A stretch of DNA of 64,000 nt from an uncultured Nitrososphaerota archaeon. Its GTDB lineage: Archaea; Thermoproteota; EX4484-205; JAAOZO01. Shown here piece after piece: positions 58,067 through 64,000 of the stretch. A model generated the notes under the pieces. That model did not search any database. It was not told the origin of the DNA and saw only the letters and a list, made by a program, of their open reading frames with translations. The stretch is taken from positions 32,001 to 96,000 of the forward strand of contig CAYOYV010000002.1 of assembly GCA_964408285.1 (NCBI GenBank). The letters run 5' to 3'. A program made the translations under genes and the position numbers. Every line of letters begins with the position of its first letter. The stretch's first letter is position 1.

Positions 58067-58636
58067 TCAACCCCCCAACCTCTTAGCATAGCCCGCCATA
58101 ATCAACTCTGCGACATCTTCGTCTTTCAGGCCTCCGGTATTGATGATGAGGTCATACATACTTGGATCCTTCCAGTCCACCCTGCAAATCTTCCTCGCCA
58201 GATTCTCTCTGTCTTGATCGCTTGCCCTTATTTCCTCGAAGGCTTTATCATAGCTCAAGCCTCTGAGACCTGCCACATGCTTGGCCCTCATGTGTTCTGG
58301 GGCCACCAGAAACACCTTCAGCGTTATTGGAGCCAATGTGACAAGAAAACTGGACCTGCCTTCAAGAATCACGTTCCCACGTTCTAGGACATCTAGTGCA
58401 TGTGCGAAGAGCAACTGGTCGATCTCAACTTCACCGGATACAGAACTCGTCGCCAGTTGCTCGAATGTCAGGTTCGAGGTTGCAGCAACATTCCTGAGAA
58501 GCTTATCGGTGTTATATACTTTCATGCCCAGCTTCTTGCCCACTATTTCTGCTATCTCTGTACTGCCTGTTCCCAGTTCTGAAAAGATGACTAAAGTCCC
58601 GCTTCCCATCGTAGTATCACTGGGTTCTGAGTTCAC
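58067..58636 (-). CDS. Cytidylate kinase-like protein with degenerate P-loop
   Basis: SELGTGSTEIA, VILEGR, KVFL.AP...R, D.DR, YDLIINT. Confidence 0.82.
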   Translation of the reverse strand: MNSEPSDTTMGSGTLVIFSELGTGSTEIAEIVGKKLGMKVYNTDKLLRNVAATSNLTFEQLATSSVSGEVEIDQLLFAHALDVLERGNVILEGRSSFLVTLAPITLKVFLVAPEHMRAKHVAGLRGLSYDKAFEEIRASDQDRENLARKICRVDWKDPSMYDLIINTGGLKDEDVAELIMAGYAKRLGG

Positions 58637-58837
58637 TAGGGTTATTAAGCTTGTTTTCCGTTTGCGCGGTCAAAATCCGGACCAGTAGATCAACCTACAG
58701 TATGAATACGATTTAGAAATCAAGATCCTCAACTCCATCGATCTTCCAATGGTGCCGTGTTTCGGACAAATGGGAGGTTGTGCCAATATCCTTGATCGAT
58801 TGACGTTTCGCAGAAGTCTGCAGTCTCAGAAGACGAA

Positions 58838-59767
58838 CTAGAAAAGCCCCAAAATCGTCGTGGCTGCCCCGACTATCCAGCAATAATAGGCAAATCTGTA
58901 GAGCTCACTTCTTAACACATATTTCACAACGATTTTGAGGGCTACCAAACCGGTAATCGCCGAGATGGCCAATCCAAGAAGGAAGTAGAGGATGCCCTCT
59001 TGATATGAAGCGATTTCTCCTACCTTCACAATGCTCGCCCCCAGAATGGCAAGTATGGAGAGAAGGAAGGAGAACCTGTATGCAATGTCTTTCCTTATCC
59101 CCCTCAACAATGCTGCCGAAACTGTCAAGCCGCTTCTTGATATGCCTGGCATGATCGAAATGGACTGAGCCGCCCCTACCACAAGTGAGTCGATAAGGTC
59201 AAGCTCCTTCTCGCCATTGCAATGCCGGGTGGCGTAAAGTGCTAATCCATTTCCAAGAAGCGCCAAGCCAGTTGCGGTGAGGTTTGAGAAGAGTGATTCG
59301 AAGAATTCTTTGAATAACAGGCCGATGACCGCAACTGGGATTGTTCCGGCAATGGAGTATCCAAGTAACTTGAGGTATGGGTCGGAGAAATCCAAACTCA
59401 TCGCTGGTTTGATCATCGCTACAAGGTCATCCTTGAGCAAAATGATGATCGAGAGCAATGAGCCCAAGTGAAGCATGACATCGAAAGCCACGGATACCCG
59501 AATGCCCAAAAGACTTTGCAGAATCACAAGATGCCCTGAGCTTGATATCGGCAACCATTCCGTGAAACCTTGCACCATCGCAAGTAGCAGGACTTCGCCA
59601 ATGCCAATATTGCCCGAGTGAATTGGAAAGGACTCCAACCGAGGAAGGACCGAATCGACTTGCCATCTCACCAAGATAAGAAAGGTGAATCCGAACGCAA
59701 CCGCAAGAATAGTGGTGAACGGTATGGGCTTTGGGGACACATCCGCTTCTGTAGTGTTAGAGACCAC
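58838..59767 (-). CDS. uppP: Undecaprenyl/polyprenyl-diphosphate phosphatase (BacA family)
   Basis: QGFTEWLPISSSGH, HLGS, PGISRSG.T, FSFLLSI. Confidence 0.95.
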   Translation of the reverse strand: MVSNTTEADVSPKPIPFTTILAVAFGFTFLILVRWQVDSVLPRLESFPIHSGNIGIGEVLLLAMVQGFTEWLPISSSGHLVILQSLLGIRVSVAFDVMLHLGSLLSIIILLKDDLVAMIKPAMSLDFSDPYLKLLGYSIAGTIPVAVIGLLFKEFFESLFSNLTATGLALLGNGLALYATRHCNGEKELDLIDSLVVGAAQSISIMPGISRSGLTVSAALLRGIRKDIAYRFSFLLSILAILGASIVKVGEIASYQEGILYFLLGLAISAITGLVALKIVVKYVLRSELYRFAYYCWIVGAATTILGLF

Positions 59768-59859
59768 GGACTCTCGAATCGTGGCTCAAGTGCTCATATA
59801 TAACTCATCCCCGAAGCCGAGTAGATCCATCGATCATTGAAAGGGGGAAGAGGTGCTAT

Positions 59860-61398
59860 TCAGGTGATGTGTTTGTTCAGAAAGCGCCTGTGTCTGCTGA
59901 ACGTCTTTCTCAGACTCTTGCTGACTCCGTTCTGAATCTCCTGTAGTTCTCGATATATCTGGGCATTCAATGGCCTTGGGTGGATCCTCGTGCTTTCATC
60001 TAGCTTCACGTACCTTTCGCAAACTTCCTTGATGTCCATTCTATCTCCGCGCTGATTTGTGTAACACCATGCTGCCTGCAAAGCTGCGCCATATGCGGCT
60101 CCCTCCTCTATCTGGATGCAGACCACTTGGGTATTGAAAATGTCCGCTGCGATCTGTCTCCAAGCCCTGTTCTTTGAACCTCCCCCAGTGATCCTGATCT
60201 CGCCCGGTTCTATCCCGAGTTCCCTCATCCTATTCAGACCATAATTCATCCCCAGCGTGACACCCTCCACGGCCGATCGAGCTAGGATGGCTTTGTCGAA
60301 AGTTCCGCTATTGAGGCCATAATACACACCTGTGCCATCAGGCACGTTAGGCGTTCTCTCCCCTTCGAAATACGGAACAAGTATCAGACCATTCGACCCG
60401 ACAGGCGAGTGCTCAACTGATTCTGTAAGATCGTCATAAGACATCTTGAAAAGGTCACGGACGAACTCTGTGGCAACTGTGACATTCATCGTGCACAAGA
60501 GTGGGAGCCAAGCGTTCGTTGAATCGCAGAATGCAGCTATTTCGCCGACAGGGTCTATTACGGGGTGTCTAGAGTAAGCATAGACGGTGCCCGATGTGCC
60601 GAAACTCGCTGTTACAATCCCTTCAGTCGTGTTGCCGGTTCCTATTGCACTCATCATGTTGTCTCCACCGCCAGCGCTCACGACAACGTCATCTTCAAGA
60701 CCGAGCTGGTCTGCCACTTCTTTTCTCATCTTGCCGACGGGCTTATCAGAACCGTGGAGGGCAGGGAGTTTCTCCTCAAGTTTTGGATCAATAGAGTTCA
60801 TCACTTTCTTTGACCAGATCCTCCTTCTCACGTCCATTATGGCTGTTCCAGAAGCGTCACCGAACTCCATAGTCATTCTCCCAGTCAAATGATAATTCAG
60901 ATAGTCATGGGGCAACAGTATGAATCTAAGCCGGGCATAGTTCTGAGGTTCGTTTCTTTTTAGCCAAAGGATCTTAGGGGCAGTGTAGCCCGGCAGGAAT
61001 TGGTTCCCTATTGTTCTGATTACTTGCTTGGCCCCCCCGAGTTTCCGAGTTAGAAGCAAGCACTCCTGAATCGTGCTAGTGTCATTCCAGAGCTTTGCCG
61101 GCCTTATGATTTTTCCATTTTCGTCAAGGGGCACGAAGCCATGTTGTTGCCCGGATATTCCTATGGCCCTGACATGTCGGCCCTCGATCCTAGCCGTCTC
61201 CATCGAATTCCTCACCGTTTTGTAGAATGCGTCAATCCAGATAGAGGGATCCTGTTCCTTGTAACCAGGAGGTAGTCCCTCTATCAGCTCATAGCTCTGC
61301 GTTGCCTTTCCAGCTATATTTCCAGTCTCCTCGCTGAGTATGACAGCCTTCGTACTCTGCGTGCCAACGTCAACTCCAATGTAGTAATCCTTGCTCAG
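59860..61398 (-). CDS. xylB: Xylulokinase (FGGY family), probable CTG start
   Basis: Frame extends 61 codons upstream of the ORF-track start and includes YYIGVDVGTQSTK and EQDP..W; SGQQHG, LWND, GGGDN, GTSG, GERTP, GGGS. Confidence 0.92.
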   Translation of the reverse strand: MSKDYYIGVDVGTQSTKAVILSEETGNIAGKATQSYELIEGLPPGYKEQDPSIWIDAFYKTVRNSMETARIEGRHVRAIGISGQQHGFVPLDENGKIIRPAKLWNDTSTIQECLLLTRKLGGAKQVIRTIGNQFLPGYTAPKILWLKRNEPQNYARLRFILLPHDYLNYHLTGRMTMEFGDASGTAIMDVRRRIWSKKVMNSIDPKLEEKLPALHGSDKPVGKMRKEVADQLGLEDDVVVSAGGGDNMMSAIGTGNTTEGIVTASFGTSGTVYAYSRHPVIDPVGEIAAFCDSTNAWLPLLCTMNVTVATEFVRDLFKMSYDDLTESVEHSPVGSNGLILVPYFEGERTPNVPDGTGVYYGLNSGTFDKAILARSAVEGVTLGMNYGLNRMRELGIEPGEIRITGGGSKNRAWRQIAADIFNTQVVCIQIEEGAAYGAALQAAWCYTNQRGDRMDIKEVCERYVKLDESTRIHPRPLNAQIYRELQEIQNGVSKSLRKTFSRHRRFLNKHIT

Positions 61399-61425
61399 AT
61401 TGGCTCTCCGTTTGTGGTTGGAGTG

Positions 61426-61438
61426 TAAAATATATTAA
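61426..61438. promoter_or_regulatory. AT-rich box probably shared by divergent xylB and rpe
   Basis: TAAAATATATTAA, 27 nt from xylB CTG and 24 nt from rpe ATG. Confidence 0.55.
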
Positions 61439-61462
61439 GATTTGGCAGACTGCTGATTCATA

Positions 61463-62215
61463 ATGGCGGTTGGAATATCGCTATCATTGCTAGAGTATGA
61501 ATCGGAGCTTTCGAGAAACCAGGACAATCTGTTTCAATCAAGAAGCGCATATGATATAGAAAGACTCGTTAAAACAGGCTCGCTCTATGCCCTTCAGCTT
61601 GACATCATGAGGCCTCCCTTCATTGCGAGCAAATATGCTTTCTCCATGTCACTTGTGAGCAAGCTATGTGCGGCATTCAGTAGCAGAATCGCCCTTGAGG
61701 CGCATCTAATGGCGCGTGATCCTTTGCATCTCGTTGAGCAGTTCAATGGTTTCATATCCCGTAGTGATCATGGCCGACTCACTGTTACGATGCACCGCGA
61801 GGCCTACGATTCTGAGAGGGAATTCCTAGAGGCATTGCGAGAAGTGAAAAGCTATGGGTATAGGGTTGGGGCAGCGCTTGATCTTCCCACTCCGACTTCT
61901 ATGCTGACCGACGGCATTGCGGACATCGCTGATGTGGTTCTCCTGATGTGCGTGCCGATGGGTAGGGGAGCGCAGCAATATGATGAAAGGTCAACTGAGA
62001 AAATCAGGGAAATAGCGAATAGATTTCCAAGTAAATCAATAGAAGTTGACGGAGGAATCAATGAAAAGACTGCAGGCCATGCAGTGGGGGCTGGAGCCAA
62101 AATCCTGACGGTGGGTTCATTCATTACGAAGAGCCAAGAGCCCTTGGAGGCTCTCAGGCAATTGCAAGGCATATTAGGTGTTGTCTCGGGGACGGAGGGA
62201 AGCTTGGGAAAATGA
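61463..62215 (+). CDS. rpe: Ribulose-phosphate 3-epimerase-like protein (divergent)
   Basis: QLDIM, EAHLM..P, LMCVPMG.GAQ, IEVDGGIN, AGA....VGS. Confidence 0.75.
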   Translation: MAVGISLSLLEYESELSRNQDNLFQSRSAYDIERLVKTGSLYALQLDIMRPPFIASKYAFSMSLVSKLCAAFSSRIALEAHLMARDPLHLVEQFNGFISRSDHGRLTVTMHREAYDSEREFLEALREVKSYGYRVGAALDLPTPTSMLTDGIADIADVVLLMCVPMGRGAQQYDERSTEKIREIANRFPSKSIEVDGGINEKTAGHAVGAGAKILTVGSFITKSQEPLEALRQLQGILGVVSGTEGSLGK

Positions 62216-64000
62216 CAGCCGTGTGTTGCTTAGACATTCCTCCGATTGAAAGGACGAATTTGTTCTATGTCTCAAACAGACCTCCGCTGAAGTCCAATCC
62301 ACTTATCAAGCTCCCACTTGGGACTGTGAAGCCAGAGGGGTGGATTCTCAATCAACTCACACTGATGGCAAGTGGATTGACCGGTCGAATCACTGAGGTG
62401 AGCCCGTGGTGCAGATTTGAAGAGAGCGCTTGGGCCAATCCTGAGGGGGAGGGAGATTGGTGGTGGGAGGAATTGCCCTATTGGTTCAGGGGTTTTCATG
62501 ACCTTGGTCGCATCTTGGATGACAAACGCATCTTAGATGAATCGGGGAAATGGATGGAACGGGTTCTATCAAGTCAAGAAGCCGATGGATATTTCGGTAC
62601 AAGAGAGAACAAGCGAAATCATGACCTCTGGCCAAATATGATGATGCTCTATGCCTTGCGATCCTACTTTGAAGCTACTGGGGATGAAAGAGTTATCCGC
62701 CTTATGACCAGATATTTCAGTTGGCAGATGCAACTCCCTCTGGAATTCCTGCTCCCTGAGAGTTGGCAGAAATGGCGTGGTGGTGACCAACTTGACTCCA
62801 TCTATTGGCTGTACAATAGGACCGGTGAATCTTGGCTCCTTGATCTGGCACGGATCACGCATGAACGTACAGCTGACTGGACGGGTGGAATACCAACATG
62901 GCATGGAGTCAACATCTGTCAGGCATTCCGAGAACCAGCCCAGTATTATCAGCAGACTGGAGATGATCGCTATCTAGCAGCGACTGAAAGGAACTACATG
63001 CAGGTTATGGGAACGTATGGACAAGTCCCTGGTGGGATGTTCGGGGCCGATGAGAATTGCAGGGAAGGGCACATTGACCCTCGCCAGGCGGCAGAGACAT
63101 GTTCTATTGTTGAATTCATGCACAGCAATGAGATCTTACTGTCACTGACCGGAGATCCCAAGTATGCAGATCGTTGCGAGGAAATAGCTCTTAATTCATT
63201 TCCAGCTTCGATGACTCCCGACCTGAAGGGACTTCATTATTTGACTGCACCAAATATGATTCAGCTCGACCAGGGTGACAAGGCTCCAGCCCTGCAGAAT
63301 AGCGGAACGATGCTTTCCTATGATCCTTTTGGGTACCGTTGCTGTCAGCATAATGTTTCACATGGCTGGCCATACTATTTGGAGCACCTTTGGATGGGAA
63401 CTCATGGGAATGGTTTGGCCGCAGTTCTCTATGGCCCCTGTACGGTGAAGGCGAAGGTCGGAGATGGAACGACCGTCTGCATTTCCGAGAACACGGAGTA
63501 TCCATTTGCGGAAATCATAGATTTGAGATTTGCCCTACCGAACTCGGTTGAATTCCCCCTGCTTCTGAGAGTCCCGCGATGGTGTGACAGCCCAAAACTG
63601 TGCATCAATGGAGAATCAATTGACGCATCTGCAAAACCCACTTCATATCTTTCAATAGAACGAATATGGAATGATGGGGACGTTGTAAGACTTGAACTAC
63701 CAATGAAGCTCCGCGTCCGTAAATGGGCTAACAATGCGAATTCCGTCTCAATCGAATACGGCCCATTGACCTATTCGCTGAAGATAGGGGAAAAATGGGT
63801 AAGATATGGTGGGACGGACAAATGGCCAGCTTTTGAGGTCTATCCCACTTCTCCTTGGAATTACGGTCTTGTCATTGATCCGCAGAATCCCATGGCTTCC
63901 TTTGAAGTTTCAAGGAAGAAATCCCCAATCGCTCACCAGCCCTTCACATTGGAGAATGCTCCAATGGAGATCAGCACGAAGGGCAAGAGAATAGCAGATT
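62212..64000 (+). CDS. GH127/GH146-type beta-L-arabinofuranosidase-like protein, partial, runs off right edge
   Basis: Not in ORF track. ATG 62212 overlaps the rpe stop (ATGA). LPLGTVKPEGW, WEELPYW, HGVN, AETC, RCCQHN..GWP, T.YPF, LRVPRW, W..GD, YGPL. Confidence 0.9.
   Translation, partial: MTAVCCLDIPPIERTNLFYVSNRPPLKSNPLIKLPLGTVKPEGWILNQLTLMASGLTGRITEVSPWCRFEESAWANPEGEGDWWWEELPYWFRGFHDLGRILDDKRILDESGKWMERVLSSQEADGYFGTRENKRNHDLWPNMMMLYALRSYFEATGDERVIRLMTRYFSWQMQLPLEFLLPESWQKWRGGDQLDSIYWLYNRTGESWLLDLARITHERTADWTGGIPTWHGVNICQAFREPAQYYQQTGDDRYLAATERNYMQVMGTYGQVPGGMFGADENCREGHIDPRQAAETCSIVEFMHSNEILLSLTGDPKYADRCEEIALNSFPASMTPDLKGLHYLTAPNMIQLDQGDKAPALQNSGTMLSYDPFGYRCCQHNVSHGWPYYLEHLWMGTHGNGLAAVLYGPCTVKAKVGDGTTVCISENTEYPFAEIIDLRFALPNSVEFPLLLRVPRWCDSPKLCINGESIDASAKPTSYLSIERIWNDGDVVRLELPMKLRVRKWANNANSVSIEYGPLTYSLKIGEKWVRYGGTDKWPAFEVYPTSPWNYGLVIDPQNPMASFEVSRKKSPIAHQPFTLENAPMEISTKGKRIAD

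Noticed and set aside
1-64000. CRISPR arrays, rRNA, tRNA, IS elements, integrases, proviral genes
   Set aside because: None recognised by eye; short or intron-containing RNA genes could have been missed.

Overview
Gene-dense chromosomal window from an archaeon. This rests on TATA-like boxes about 25-30 nt before many starts, HerA/NurA, an archaeal-type Lhr, DUF1614 and a short-type PurA remnant. A sugar-degrading TACK/Thermoproteota lineage is my inference only. About 53 genes are visible: two amino-acid ABC importers, many carbohydrate-catabolic enzymes (xylose isomerase-like, xylulokinase, Rpe-like, GH35, GH127, four Gfo/Idh/MocA oxidoreductases, TIM-barrel epimerases), serS, uppP, an lhr-herA-nurA cluster without mre11/rad50, and a cell-envelope block at 34.8-49.8 kb. 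The most unusual element is a 1815-aa membrane protein (39980-45427). It combines a GH2-like ectodomain that appears to lack both catalytic glutamates, a MacB/FtsX-type permease with no adjacent ATPase, and a C-terminal CARF-like domain. It shares one palindromic TATA box with a divergent YfhO/GT-C-like glycosyltransferase and abuts a flippase-like gene. The ORF track misses two edge genes, a probable CTG start for xylB and a purA remnant. I saw no CRISPR array, rRNA, tRNA or transposase. All assignments are by-eye motif recognition; no searches were run.
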